From NCBI GenBank assembly GCA_036012755.1, contig DASCPX010000014.1, forward strand, positions 32,001-96,000: a stretch of 64,000 nt of DNA. The letters run 5' to 3'. A program made the position numbers and the translations under genes. The stretch is from Myxococcota bacterium. Lineage in GTDB: Bacteria > Myxococcota_A > UBA796 > CAJQPC01. Of the stretch, positions 45,326-55,758 are shown one piece after another (position 1 is the first letter of the stretch; each line of letters starts with the position of its first letter). A model generated the notes under the pieces. The model was not told where the DNA came from. It saw nothing but the letters and a program-made list of their open reading frames with translations, and did no database searches.

Positions 45326-46129
45326 ATGAAACCGCCGCTGCACGGGGTGGTGGTCCTGACGGGCGCCTCCAGCGGCATCGGCGCCGCGATGGCCGAGGAG
45401 CTGGGCGAAGCGAGGGTCCTCGTGCTGGTCGCCCGCCGCGTCGATCGCCTGGAGAGCCTCGCAGCGAGGCTGCCCAACGCAGAGGCGCGCCCCTGCGACC
45501 TGAGGGATCTGGAGGCCTGCGAGGCGCTGATCGCGGGCATCGAGGCGGACCATGGCGGCGTCGACGTGCTGATCAACAACGCCGGCCTCGGAGACATCGA
45601 GCTCTTCGAGCGCACACCTGTCGACAAGGTCATGCTGCTCATCGACGTCAACGTGCGGGCCCTGACCTGGCTCACCCACCGGGTGTTGCCAGGCATGCTG
45701 GAACGCGGCCGCGGCGGCATCCTCAACGTCTCCAGCGGCTACGGCATGACCTGGACGCCCCTGGCCTCGATCTACGGCGGCAGCAAGCACTACGTCTCGG
45801 CCTTCACCGAGGCGCTCCGCAGCGAGCTCTACGGAACGGGTGTCGTCGTCACCCAGACCTGCCCCGGTCCGGTCGTGACCGAGTTCTGGGAGGTGGCCGG
45901 CAACCCGACCGGCTTCGACGTGCCCTCCTGGGTCCAGATCCCCGCCGCCCAGTGCGCTCGCGAGTCGCTACGGGGCTTCCGTCGCGGCCGAGCGATGGTG
46001 GTCACCGGCTGGCTGCAGTGGCTGGTGACGACCCTGGGCCGGGTGTCACCGTGGTGGGTGCTGCGGCTCGTCTACTGGCCGATCGGGGGCTGGGTCCGTC
46101 GCAGGGCACGCCAGAGCTCAGCGCAGTGA
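45326..46129 (+). CDS. SDR family oxidoreductase
   Basis: TGASSGIG, VARR, NNAG, NVSS, YGGSK, CPGPV. Confidence 0.92.
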   Translation: MKPPLHGVVVLTGASSGIGAAMAEELGEARVLVLVARRVDRLESLAARLPNAEARPCDLRDLEACEALIAGIEADHGGVDVLINNAGLGDIELFERTPVDKVMLLIDVNVRALTWLTHRVLPGMLERGRGGILNVSSGYGMTWTPLASIYGGSKHYVSAFTEALRSELYGTGVVVTQTCPGPVVTEFWEVAGNPTGFDVPSWVQIPAAQCARESLRGFRRGRAMVVTGWLQWLVTTLGRVSPWWVLRLVYWPIGGWVRRRARQSSAQ

Positions 46130-46156
46130 CATGCCGAAGTCGTCCCCGCGGGACGC

Positions 46157-47808
46157 TCAGAGAAAGGCCTCGCGGACCCGCATCACCTCTTCGCTGGAGC
46201 GGGCGGGGACGAGCCGGAGGGTGCGGGCTGCGAGGGCCTCGCCGAGCTCGGGATCCCCTGCTTGCGCCAGCGGAATCGCCGGGAAGGGCAACCATCCCAA
46301 GGGGGCCGCACCCAGGACCACCTCCACCGCCTCGCCGAGCAGCTGCTCGTCCAGCTCCGTCACCATACCCGCACCGAGCCCGACGCTCAGGTCCTCTGAG
46401 GACGCAAGCGCCAGCGCGCTCCCCAGCGCCGCGTCGAGGTCGTCGAAGCTCGCCACGAGGCGCCTTTCATCCGCTTGCACCACCCTGGCCGGGAGGTCGC
46501 GAAGACGATCCGCGAGGGACTCCCTCCCGATGCCCGTGCGCTCGGCGGCGACGAGTCCACGGCGCTGAGCTGACCTCCCACTTCGGAGGGCCTGGCCGGC
46601 TGGCAGCCCGGTGAGCTCCCGGACCCGCCCGGCCGTGAGCACCTGGTCTCCCAGCGTGCGCCGCTCCAGCGCGACGTCGAGCGGCCGTGAGTCCGTGTTG
46701 AGGAACACCAGCTCCACCCGACCCACGCCCACGGTGGCCCGCAGCGGGCGAATGCCCCGCTCCCCGATCTCGACGGTCAGCGTCGAAGGACCGCCCTCGC
46801 GGACCTCGACCGACGCAGCGCCACGCATCGGCCACGCTCGCAGCCGGCAGATCCCGGGCTCGAGATCCTGCTCCAAGCGCACTCGAGCCCCGGGCTGCAC
46901 GCGCTCCTGGACGAGGCAGTGAGGGCGCCAGACCGGCGATCCCGGGCAGCTCGGCGCGCTCGCCTCGACCCGGATGGCGTCCGCGGGCCCGAAGCTGACC
47001 TCGACGGCGTCCGCGAAGGTGCTGTCGAAGTAGATGTTGCAAGCCGGACAGTGAACCCGCCGAATCGCACGCTCGAGGGGACGCCTGCCACGGCAGAAGG
47101 GGCAGAGCACCTCCCATCGCATGGCCAGGACCCCGGCCTCGACGGCATCGACGAAGGCACGCACCGCTTCGTCCGCGCCGAGACCCCAGATCGGCCCGAG
47201 GCGCAAGGGGGACATGTGGATGGTGTCCGCTGTCGAGGCGGTGTTCAGGAAGCTCTCGAGCGAAGCGGCGAAGCTCCTGTCGGCGAGGCGAGCACAGCCC
47301 GCCGCGATGCGCTGCCGCTCGGCCTCCCCCAGCACCGGACAGGACGGGCCGAAGCGCAGCTCTGGGGCGTGGAGCCGCTCCATGAGCTGTGGGAGGGCTG
47401 CGTCCAGGCCGTCGTGGAGGCCCCGGGCGAAGCCGACCGCGACGACAGGCTCCAGGGCTGCCACGCGGGGTTCCAGCTCGACCGAGAAGCGCACATCGGT
47501 GCCGCCGTCGCCGCGGGGCTTGAGGCGCAAGAGCAGCACGAGCTGCCGAAGAGGCCCGTTCAGGAAGTTCCGCTGGGAGCGCAGCCAGCGACCACGAACG
47601 AACTGAAAGGAGGCTCCTCCCACTCGAGCGTCATGCCCATCTTCTGGCTCCGGCCGAGGCGCCGGATGCCGCCGTCCTCGCGGGGCTCGTCGTAGTAGGT
47701 GTGGATCGTACCCATGGCCGCCATGAGCCGCTCGGTGTCGCTGAAGACATCCCAGGTGGGCTCGGGTGGCGCCGGACTGCTAAGCTCCCACACAAGTCGA
47801 ATGGCCAT
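46157..47808 (-). CDS. SRPBCC + DUF5939-like + degenerate class III cyclase protein, apparent 1-nt deletion at about 47606-47608
   Basis: WDVFSDTERL...LEWEEPPF continues in the -1 frame as QFVRGRW...NGPL; WEVLCPFC, HCPACNI, VEVSF, CPGSP. Confidence 0.68.
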
Positions 47809-47915
47809 GCAGCCCTGGATGCCACTGTCCGACCGGCGTTTCGGCTTGCGGTGAGTCCCCAGAAGGCCGACGATACCCGCCCCCGGCTCGAAGTGGCCTC
47901 CCACGGAGACGAGCG

Positions 47916-50900
47916 ATGATCCTGGCACTGCTCCTGGCCTGCGGCGAAAAGGACACCACCTCGGACAGCGGCGCCGCCGACAACGACGGGGACGGCGTCC
48001 TCGCCGCCGACGACTGCGACGACGACGACAGCGCGCTGGGTGCTGTCGAGGACGACAACGACTGCGATGGGGCCCTCGCCGAGGACGACTGCGACGACCA
48101 GGACGCCACCAGCCATCCGGGCGCCGACGAGGACTATGGCGACGGCGCCGACAACGACTGCGACGGAGGGGTGGACCGCGGCGAGTCGACCTGTTCCGCG
48201 CTGCTGACCCTCAGCGACGAGACCGATACCAGCGCCCAGGACTTCTGTGACTCCTGGTCGTTCGACGCCACCTTCGAGTACACGGCAGACGCTCGCCCCG
48301 AGATGACCAGCTTCGCACTCGAAATGAAGGCGGCCGAAGGCGGCACCTGCAAGTTCACGCTCGACCAGACCGAGCTCTGTGGCGAGGGCTACTACCTCCA
48401 GGGAGAGGGCGAGTCCGGCGCGCTGCTCGCCACGACCGTCTCCTGCGCCGACTTCAGCGGCTCCGCCGCCTGGACCGGAGAGGGCTACGTGCGGATCGAC
48501 GACGTCAACGAGGGCATCGCCGCCGGCGTGGGCGCGTCGACCCCGCACAAGATGGGCCTCAGCGCGTACCTGGCTGTCGAGGGCGACGACGGGATGGCCC
48601 TCGAAGGCGACATCGTCTTCGAGGCGACCCAGCTGGGGACCGAGATGGCATCGACCGGGTGCGCGGTGAGCGACGGCGACGAGGACGACGACGGCAGCAT
48701 CGATGTGGTCTACGACGGGGACGACTGCGACGACGACGACCCCCTGACGGCTCCCGGAGCGGCCCCCAACGACGACGCGACGGCCTGTATGACCGACGCC
48801 GACGAGGACGACTGGGGGGACCCCGAGCCCGACGGCGACGCCGAACCCGGAACGGACTGCGACGATGCCGACGCCGAGGTGTACTTGGGTGTCGCGGAGA
48901 ACGAGCCGGAGCTCTGTACGCGGGACAGCGACGACGACGGCTGGGCCGACGCAGGCGCGCAGGAGCCTCTCGAGGCCGGCGACGACTGCAACGACGAGAA
49001 CGCGGACGAGTACCCGGGCGCGGTGACCGAGGCCTCCGCCGACCAGTGCATGACCGACATCGACGGAGACGGCTTCGGCGACGCCTTCGCGACCGGCTTC
49101 TACGACGCAGGCACGGACTGCGACGATGGCGACGCCGACGTCTACATCGGCTCCGCCAGCGAGGAGCCGGAGCTCTGCGCTCTGGACGTCGACGGGGACG
49201 GATGGGCCGACGGCGCGGCCTCGAGCCCCTACGACGCGGGCAGCGACTGCAACGACGCGGACGCGACCGAGTACCCGGGCGCCGTGGCAGAGGCGACGGC
49301 TGGCGAGTGCATGAACGACACGGACGCGGACGGCTACGGCGACGACAACCCGGGTGGCCTGTACGACGTCGGCACCGACTGCCAGGACGGCAACGACGAC
49401 ATCTTCCCGGGGGCCGCAACCAAGGAGCCGACGCTCTGCGCTCGCGACAGCGATGGCGACGGCTGGGGCACGTGTTCCGGCGCCAGTGGCTTCGACGCGG
49501 GCACCGACTGCGACGACAGCGACGCGACCACGTTCCCCGACTGGGCGGGCGAAGACGGCGGCTGCGTGCAGGACCTGGACGGCGACGGCTACGGCAACAT
49601 CACGGCGCCGACGTCCAGCAGTTGTTGGGACGCCGGCACCGACTGCGACGACGGCGACGACACGGCGTACCCGGGCGCGGCTTCGGCGGAGTCCACGCTC
49701 TGCACCATCGACGCCGACGCCGATGGCTACGGCGACGACACGTTGAGCTCACCGGTGGACGCCGGCACCGACTGCGACGACAGCGACGACAGCGTCTGGC
49801 CCGACCAGCCCGGCCTGGACGTGGCGGACGGTGTCGACCTGGACTGTGACGGGAGCGACTTCGAGAACGACGCCGAGAACGACATCGCCGAGTTCGGCTT
49901 CGAGATGGACACCACGACGTCCGGCAGCGGGGACACCTACCTGGGGACGTGGCTCGAGGTCGGCGACTGGGACAACGACGGCGCCGACGACCTCTACATC
50001 GGCGGCAACGGCGACCACACGGAGGCCTCCATCGGCTTCATCGTCACCGGCCCGATCTCGAGCTGGGACGCGGACATCTACAACGCCAGCACCTCGCACG
50101 AGGAGCGGACCATGGGCACGGCGATGGGCGACATCGACGGCGACGGGAACACGGACTTCGGAGTCCGAGGCTGGATGTCGACCGGTGACTACGGCGCGGT
50201 TTGGCTCGGCCCGGTGACGGCCACGCTCGACGCGGCCACCGCGGACTTCGTCCTGGATGAGGGCGGCGACTACGACTGCTTCTGGAGGTTCGGCACCAAG
50301 GCGGACGAGGACCTGCAGTTCGGGGACGTCGATGGGGACGGGCAGGACGACCTGATCGTCGGCAGCCCCATGTGGAACCACGAGTGCAACGGCGGAAGCG
50401 GCGTCTGGCGCGGCGCCGTCCAGATCACATACGGGCCGATCTCGACCGACGTGACGCTGGACGACTCGGACGTGATCCTCGTCGGCGACAGCTACCCCGA
50501 CACGTACGGCTCGCGCCCTCGGGTGGTGGACGACCTGGACGGCGACGGCATCGACGATGTGGTCAGCGGCTCGTCGCGGGGCGGAGTCCTCCATGTCCTG
50601 ACGAACATTTCGAGCCTGTCGACGGGCGCGCTCGACACGGAAGCCACTCTCGCCGTCGAGCTCGGCCCGGGGACCCGTACGGTGGCCTGTGGCGCCGGCG
50701 ACTGGGACAACGACGGGTTCGGCGACGTCCTGCTGACGGAGGCCTACGGCACAGCCGAGCTGATCCTCGGGCAGACGACGCTGACGAGCACGAGCCACGT
50801 CGACTTCGAGATGGGCTCGGGCAGCGGGGCCCTGGGCAGCGGCTGCGCAGGCGGCGGCGACTTCGACGGAGACGGCAAGGACGACGTCGCCTTCCAGGCT

Positions 50901-51137
50901 GGCTACGACACGGCGTACCTGGTGTACGGCGGCGTGTCGGGCACGCTAGACGTCGACACCGACTCCGACGTGGTCCTGACCTGGTCGGGCTACCCGCTCT
51001 ACAACGGCTACGAGGGTCGACCCATCGCGTTCGGCGACTTCGACGCGGACGGGCTGGACGACCTGGTCATCGGCACGCCGTACGCGGCCACCAGCAGCGA
51101 CTACCACGGGGGCACGGTCGTCGTGTACGGCCAGTAG
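47916..51137 (+). CDS. Large acidic surface lipoprotein with DCDD (MopE-like) repeats and C-terminal FG-GAP propeller
   Basis: GGAG then MILALLLAC; tandem DxDGDG..GTDCDD units; several GDxDGDGxDDL motifs. Confidence 0.88.
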   Translation: MILALLLACGEKDTTSDSGAADNDGDGVLAADDCDDDDSALGAVEDDNDCDGALAEDDCDDQDATSHPGADEDYGDGADNDCDGGVDRGESTCSALLTLSDETDTSAQDFCDSWSFDATFEYTADARPEMTSFALEMKAAEGGTCKFTLDQTELCGEGYYLQGEGESGALLATTVSCADFSGSAAWTGEGYVRIDDVNEGIAAGVGASTPHKMGLSAYLAVEGDDGMALEGDIVFEATQLGTEMASTGCAVSDGDEDDDGSIDVVYDGDDCDDDDPLTAPGAAPNDDATACMTDADEDDWGDPEPDGDAEPGTDCDDADAEVYLGVAENEPELCTRDSDDDGWADAGAQEPLEAGDDCNDENADEYPGAVTEASADQCMTDIDGDGFGDAFATGFYDAGTDCDDGDADVYIGSASEEPELCALDVDGDGWADGAASSPYDAGSDCNDADATEYPGAVAEATAGECMNDTDADGYGDDNPGGLYDVGTDCQDGNDDIFPGAATKEPTLCARDSDGDGWGTCSGASGFDAGTDCDDSDATTFPDWAGEDGGCVQDLDGDGYGNITAPTSSSCWDAGTDCDDGDDTAYPGAASAESTLCTIDADADGYGDDTLSSPVDAGTDCDDSDDSVWPDQPGLDVADGVDLDCDGSDFENDAENDIAEFGFEMDTTTSGSGDTYLGTWLEVGDWDNDGADDLYIGGNGDHTEASIGFIVTGPISSWDADIYNASTSHEERTMGTAMGDIDGDGNTDFGVRGWMSTGDYGAVWLGPVTATLDAATADFVLDEGGDYDCFWRFGTKADEDLQFGDVDGDGQDDLIVGSPMWNHECNGGSGVWRGAVQITYGPISTDVTLDDSDVILVGDSYPDTYGSRPRVVDDLDGDGIDDVVSGSSRGGVLHVLTNISSLSTGALDTEATLAVELGPGTRTVACGAGDWDNDGFGDVLLTEAYGTAELILGQTTLTSTSHVDFEMGSGSGALGSGCAGGGDFDGDGKDDVAFQAGYDTAYLVYGGVSGTLDVDTDSDVVLTWSGYPLYNGYEGRPIAFGDFDADGLDDLVIGTPYAATSSDYHGGTVVVYGQ
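48660..49860 (+). repeat. About nine tandem ~43-aa Asp/Cys-rich repeats within the CDS
   Basis: Unit C-x2-D-x-D-x-DG(W/Y/F)...GTDC(D/N)D...(Y/F)PGA, counted from the translation. Confidence 0.8.
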
Positions 51138-51140
51138 CCG

Positions 51141-52028
51141 TCAGCTCGGGGGAGTCAGGACCCCGGTCCCAGAGCTATCGGTACCCCAGCAGGCGATGGC
51201 GTCGTCGCCCTCGACGCCGCAGGCGTGGTCCCAGCCGACACCGACCGCGCGGAGACCGGAATCCGGCGGATCTCCAATGCCGTCACTGGCATCGCCCCAA
51301 CACGTCGCGATGCCGGCGTCGTCAACAGCGCAGGAGCTGTCCATGCCGGTTGCGACCTCTGTGAAGCTGCCGGTCGGAGGCTTGGCCTGTTCGTAGTTGT
51401 CGCGGCCCCAGCAGGCCACGGAGCCGTCGCTGGACTTCACGCCGCAGCCGGTACGAGAGCCGATGTCGATCTCGTCGAACTGGCCGGAGGGCGCGTCAGC
51501 GGACTCGCCGGAGCCACCCCAGCAGGTGATCGTCTGGCTCGGCGCGAGGCCGCAGCTCACCCCGTCGCCAGCGCTCACCGCTACGAGCTTGCCCGAGGGG
51601 GCGCTCGTCTCGCCGAAGCTGTCGGCGCCCCAACAGTCGACGTGCATATCGGAGTGCAGGGCGCACGCGTGGCCGGTTCCCAGATCGATGTCGTCGTATC
51701 CGTCGCCGCCGGGTGCACCATCGAGGGCGGCGCCCCAACAGTGGACCAGCCCGTCGACGTCGAGGCCGCAGGTGCTGGATCCGCCGGCTGAGATCCGGCG
51801 GAGCTTCACGTCCGGAGGCGTGGACTGACCGTCGCTGTCCGAGCCCCAGCACTTCGCGGTGCCGTCGGTCTCGAGGAGGCAGTTGTGCTGACTGCCCACG
51901 GCGAGGCGCCGTCGGTTCAGGAGGGTGTCGTCGGGCACGGAGTCATCGGTCGACTCGGAGTCCGTCCCGGAGTCCGGCGTGACGATGCCACCGATCTCGC
52001 CCACACACGCAAGCAGCAACAAGACCAC
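51141..52028 (-). CDS. RCC1/BLIP-II-like repeat lipoprotein
   Basis: AGGAGG then MVLLLLAC; repeated G..H.C......CWG units. Confidence 0.85.
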   Translation of the reverse strand: MVLLLLACVGEIGGIVTPDSGTDSESTDDSVPDDTLLNRRRLAVGSQHNCLLETDGTAKCWGSDSDGQSTPPDVKLRRISAGGSSTCGLDVDGLVHCWGAALDGAPGGDGYDDIDLGTGHACALHSDMHVDCWGADSFGETSAPSGKLVAVSAGDGVSCGLAPSQTITCWGGSGESADAPSGQFDEIDIGSRTGCGVKSSDGSVACWGRDNYEQAKPPTGSFTEVATGMDSSCAVDDAGIATCWGDASDGIGDPPDSGLRAVGVGWDHACGVEGDDAIACWGTDSSGTGVLTPPS

Positions 52029-52177
52029 GATTCACCTCCTCGCACACCGCGCCGGGATCTCATACGCGCTTGGGAGCGCACCCGCGAGTCAGCTGGCCTC
52101 GGGATCGCTCGAAATGACCGATCGGAGCATCGTGGCGCCGTGGTCGTGCGGGATAGGGATCGCGGCAGGAGGACGAC

Positions 52178-53098
52178 ATGTTGATCCTGTTCCTGGCCTG
52201 CGCAGAGATCGAAGGAGACGACCCCGGCGAGTGCGTCGACCGAGCGGACAACGACGCGGACGGGCTCTTCGATTGCGACGACGATGGCTGCGTGGGCAGC
52301 CCTGACTGCACCGGAGAGGCGGACGCGGACACGGATGCAGACACGGACAGCGACACGGACGCGGACGCGGACAGCGATACGGACGCGGACACGGACACGG
52401 ACACGGACACGGACACGGACGCGGACGCGGACGCGGACGCGGACACGGATGTGGGCATCGCCTCGCTGAAGGGCACAGTGCTCGTCGGGATCATCACGAC
52501 TCCGTTCCAGTTCGCCCTCACCGCGGACGACGACAAGATGACCTACGACGGCTGGTTCGACGTCGACGAATCGACCACCGTGATCCTCGACGGGGGTCCC
52601 TGGATACTGGGCGTGAACCCGTCCTGGCCGGACGCCGCCATCGAGTACCGGTGCGAGAACACCGAGGGGGTCGCGCGCCAGATGGACCTCCCCGACCTCT
52701 TCGGCGATGCTGGCTGGCACCACCTCGCCGTAGAGCTGACTCGGGACGACGCGATCGTCTGGCTCGACGGTGAAGTCGCGCACACGGGCAGCTTCGACTG
52801 CCACCTCGACGCCACCTCTTCCCAGTACGACTTCGACCTTGGTGACGGCCAGGGCACCCTGGGCATGGACGAGCTCCGAGCCACCCACGGAGAGCTGTTC
52901 AGCGGGAGCTTCACCCCCGACTACCCCCTGACCGTCGACTCCAAGACGGTCTTCCTCTGGCGCGTCACGTCAGACGACTCGGGAGGCGAGAGCGAGGGCG
53001 ACTCGGCCGCGGGTCAGAGCCTCACGGACCACGCCGGCAACTCAGTCACCGGCATCATCGACGAGGGCCTGTGGTCAGAGGCCCGCGCGACCGACTAG
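52178..53098 (+). CDS. Lipoprotein with DA/DT linker and LamG/concanavalin-like domain
   Basis: AGGAGG then MLILFLAC; DNDADGLFDCDD; GWHHLAV...VWLDG...MDELR. Confidence 0.8.
   Translation: MLILFLACAEIEGDDPGECVDRADNDADGLFDCDDDGCVGSPDCTGEADADTDADTDSDTDADADSDTDADTDTDTDTDTDADADADADTDVGIASLKGTVLVGIITTPFQFALTADDDKMTYDGWFDVDESTTVILDGGPWILGVNPSWPDAAIEYRCENTEGVARQMDLPDLFGDAGWHHLAVELTRDDAIVWLDGEVAHTGSFDCHLDATSSQYDFDLGDGQGTLGMDELRATHGELFSGSFTPDYPLTVDSKTVFLWRVTSDDSGGESEGDSAAGQSLTDHAGNSVTGIIDEGLWSEARATD
52322..52450 (+). repeat. Degenerate hexamer array GAC(A/G)CG encoding (DA/DT)n
   Basis: Read directly from the sequence. Confidence 0.9.
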
Positions 53099-53117
53099 CA
53101 GGAAGGTCACCGACCGG

Positions 53118-54020
53118 TCAGAGCCCCGCGGTCCCCGTGAACGTCATGGTGCAGGGGTCGTTGTAGGGGATGGCGCAGGCGCCCTCCGGGATGTAGTTCA
53201 CCGTGCCGGTGACGTCGAAGCCCGCGCCGGTGGGCGTGAACAGGAACTCGTCCACCCACCCCACCTCGCAGTCGGTGCCGTTTCCTTCGAAGCTACCGGT
53301 CCCGTAGGCCTCGACGCCGTCGCCTGTAGTCAGCAGGGGGTAGGTCGCCTCCCCAGCGTCGCCGGCGAGCACGCCGTTGAGGCACTCGCCCACCCGCATG
53401 ACGAGGAGGGTCCCATCCGCGCTCCCGTTCGGGTAGGTGGTGCAGTCGTTCGTCTGCTCGAGGTCGAGCACCCAGAGCCCCTCGGACATCGTGACCTCTT
53501 CGGCGTCCTGTCCCGTCACCGGCCAGTGGATGTCGAAGCTCCCCGCCAGGGCATGACCGCCCTCGGCTGCGAGCGCGTAGGACCCCTCGATGTCGACGAA
53601 GAGCTTCTCGTTGGTGAAGTTCCCGGTCTTGTCGCCAGCGGAGGCGTCGGTGATCACGACCTGGCCGCTGTCCATCCACCACTCGCCCTCGAGCCCGTCC
53701 GGCACCCCGGTGCAGTCGTAGCTGAGGAAGGCCGCCGCGCCAGCGTGGTTGACCTCGTAGGTGTTGACCCCGCACACGGCCTCGCGGTGGATGTACAGCG
53801 AACACTCGAAGCCCACCTCGTCCACCGCGTGCAAGGTCAGGTCGAAGGACCGGACCTTCGGCGCGTCGTCCGGGTCGAACTCCATCGTGGCGTCGAGGTC
53901 GACGGCCGCGCAGAGATCGAGGTTCAGGATGGTGCCGTCGGCCAGGATGCCGTCCAGGCTCGCCGAGCAGGTGCGCTCGTCCTCGTACTTGTTGCAGGCA
54001 GTCAGGAGGAGGATGAGCAT
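53118..54020 (-). CDS. Putative lipoprotein, Cys-containing beta-rich domains
   Basis: GAGG then MLILLLTAC; the N-terminal domain is homologous to a segment of the 47916 protein. Confidence 0.78.
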   Translation of the reverse strand: MLILLLTACNKYEDERTCSASLDGILADGTILNLDLCAAVDLDATMEFDPDDAPKVRSFDLTLHAVDEVGFECSLYIHREAVCGVNTYEVNHAGAAAFLSYDCTGVPDGLEGEWWMDSGQVVITDASAGDKTGNFTNEKLFVDIEGSYALAAEGGHALAGSFDIHWPVTGQDAEEVTMSEGLWVLDLEQTNDCTTYPNGSADGTLLVMRVGECLNGVLAGDAGEATYPLLTTGDGVEAYGTGSFEGNGTDCEVGWVDEFLFTPTGAGFDVTGTVNYIPEGACAIPYNDPCTMTFTGTAGL

Positions 54021-54060
54021 CTGGACCTCGGCTCGGAAGAGTGTCGCGCGTCGGGAGTAT

Positions 54061-55758
54061 TCACGGTCGGAGCCCCTCGGCCAGGAGCTCGAGGAGCTCG
54101 AGCACGTCTTCGCCGTGGTCGCCGCAAGGCAGGACGACTCGACCCAGCTGCAGGTCACGGCCGCTGTGCGCGAGCGGCAGCCCCACCAGGTCCCTCACGG
54201 CGAGCTCGAAGTTGCTGCTGACAAGCCGCCGGTTCGTGAGCACCCAGCCCCGCTTCCACGAACCGAGCGCCGTGTCGTCCATCGCGAGGATGGCCTTGTC
54301 TCCCGCCGCCCCAAGGACCTTGGCCAGGACCAGCGCCCTGCCAGCGCGGGCGTCGGTGCCCCCCAGGATGCGCTTGCCCTGCAAGCCCTCGGCCTCTGCG
54401 GAGAGGATGTCGAAGAGCTCCGACGAGATGGGCGGGAAGTGGTCCTCGGCGATGGACTCCTCGGGAATCTCCAGGCCCCAGTCCCGAGCCAGCAGCACCA
54501 GGATCGGGCGGATCAGCTTTGGGTGGTCGTAGACGGCGATGGCGTGCGGCCCGATGTGGAGCGCGTGCTCGACGCGGCTCACCTCCAGACCCTGTAGAGC
54601 AGCCAGCGGGAGGTCGAAGGCGCCCTTGCGCCCGTTCGAGCGCAGGGCCCGGTTGCTCAGGACCCAGCCTTTGTCCCAGCTCTGGTAGCTGTCGTCCCCG
54701 GCGACCAGGACCTTCTCGTCGTCCGGCACGCCGAGCGCCCGGATCAGCCTGGCGACGTTCTTGTCCGCGCGCAACGCAGAGCCGCCGCGGATCCGGGCGG
54801 TCGGCAGGTCACGGGTCATCTCGACGAGCTCTCCGTAAGCGGGGTGCTGGGGTGCCACCTCGAGGGCCTCGATGCCGTGCTCGCGCTGTCGCGCCCGAGC
54901 CTCGACGAGCCGGCAGAGGTCGGACATGGAGAGCTCCGCCTCGTCCCCCACCGGCGCGACGCGGACCCGCAGGTTGTCCCCGATGATCGACAGCTCCATC
55001 TTCAGCTGGTCGGCCTGTCCCTTCGTCAGCTTCGCGTCGATGCGCTGGGAGCCCTTTGTCGACGACCAGTGCTTGAACATGCGCGCGTAGGTGTGGGGGT
55101 GCTCGTCGGTGTACTGGGCGATGATCTCGGACAGATCCGTGCGGAGGTCCTTGGGGATCCGGGTCTCGTCGAAGACCACGGTCCAGTCGTCGGAGACCTC
55201 GACCTCGGCGAGGCGGAGCAGCCAGTCGCGGAGATCCCCGAGCATCTTCGCGCGCTCGGTGTGAGCCATGAAGGCCTCGAAGACCGCGGCGTGGGCCTGC
55301 CCATGGGCCTCTCGCCGTGCCTGAGCCGCTCGCTCGTTGGTCTTGCGACCGTGGCGGATGTTGGCTCGCGTCGTCTTCAGCCGGCCCGAGACCGCGGCGA
55401 CCTCCGGGTCCGTCCCAGCCTCGCGCTCGCGTCGGGCGATCTCCCCGTCGAGGCGCTCGCCCTCTGCGAACGCGGCCTTCTTCTCGGCGACCAGGGTCCC
55501 GAGCTCGGAGGCCGCGTCCCCGAGCTGTCGCTGGATCTCGAGCGCCTCGGAGAGTCCACGGACCACCACCGGGCCTCCGCCACCGGCCGCGCCGAAGCGA
55601 GGCCTCGAGGCATCTCGCCGCTGTTCGTCCGCCTTGTCGCGCTCCCGTCTCTCCTCCTGCATGTTCGAGAAGCACCCATAGGAGCAGCACGGCGAGTGCC
55701 AGGCGGGCGGTTCGAACTTCCGGCGGCAGTGGGGGCAGGTGCGGGTGAAGATGCCCAT
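54061..55758 (-). CDS. Zn-finger + coiled-coil + L7/L12-CTD-like + duplicated PH-like domain protein
   Basis: TCPHC...CCSYGC; duplicated DD....SW..GWVL(S/T)NR.L motif; TGATG coupling. Confidence 0.75.
   Translation of the reverse strand: MGIFTRTCPHCRRKFEPPAWHSPCCSYGCFSNMQEERRERDKADEQRRDASRPRFGAAGGGGPVVVRGLSEALEIQRQLGDAASELGTLVAEKKAAFAEGERLDGEIARREREAGTDPEVAAVSGRLKTTRANIRHGRKTNERAAQARREAHGQAHAAVFEAFMAHTERAKMLGDLRDWLLRLAEVEVSDDWTVVFDETRIPKDLRTDLSEIIAQYTDEHPHTYARMFKHWSSTKGSQRIDAKLTKGQADQLKMELSIIGDNLRVRVAPVGDEAELSMSDLCRLVEARARQREHGIEALEVAPQHPAYGELVEMTRDLPTARIRGGSALRADKNVARLIRALGVPDDEKVLVAGDDSYQSWDKGWVLSNRALRSNGRKGAFDLPLAALQGLEVSRVEHALHIGPHAIAVYDHPKLIRPILVLLARDWGLEIPEESIAEDHFPPISSELFDILSAEAEGLQGKRILGGTDARAGRALVLAKVLGAAGDKAILAMDDTALGSWKRGWVLTNRRLVSSNFELAVRDLVGLPLAHSGRDLQLGRVVLPCGDHGEDVLELLELLAEGLRP

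Noticed and set aside
47600..47615. Programmed ribosomal frameshifting at this and the other frameshift sites
   Set aside because: No X XXY YYZ slippery heptamer, shifts go in both directions, and the genes are unrelated; assembly error is simpler.
52322..52450. Repeat arrays here and at 48660-49860 as CRISPR or non-coding repeats
   Set aside because: They are in-frame coding repeats with no fixed repeat-spacer structure; no cas genes seen.
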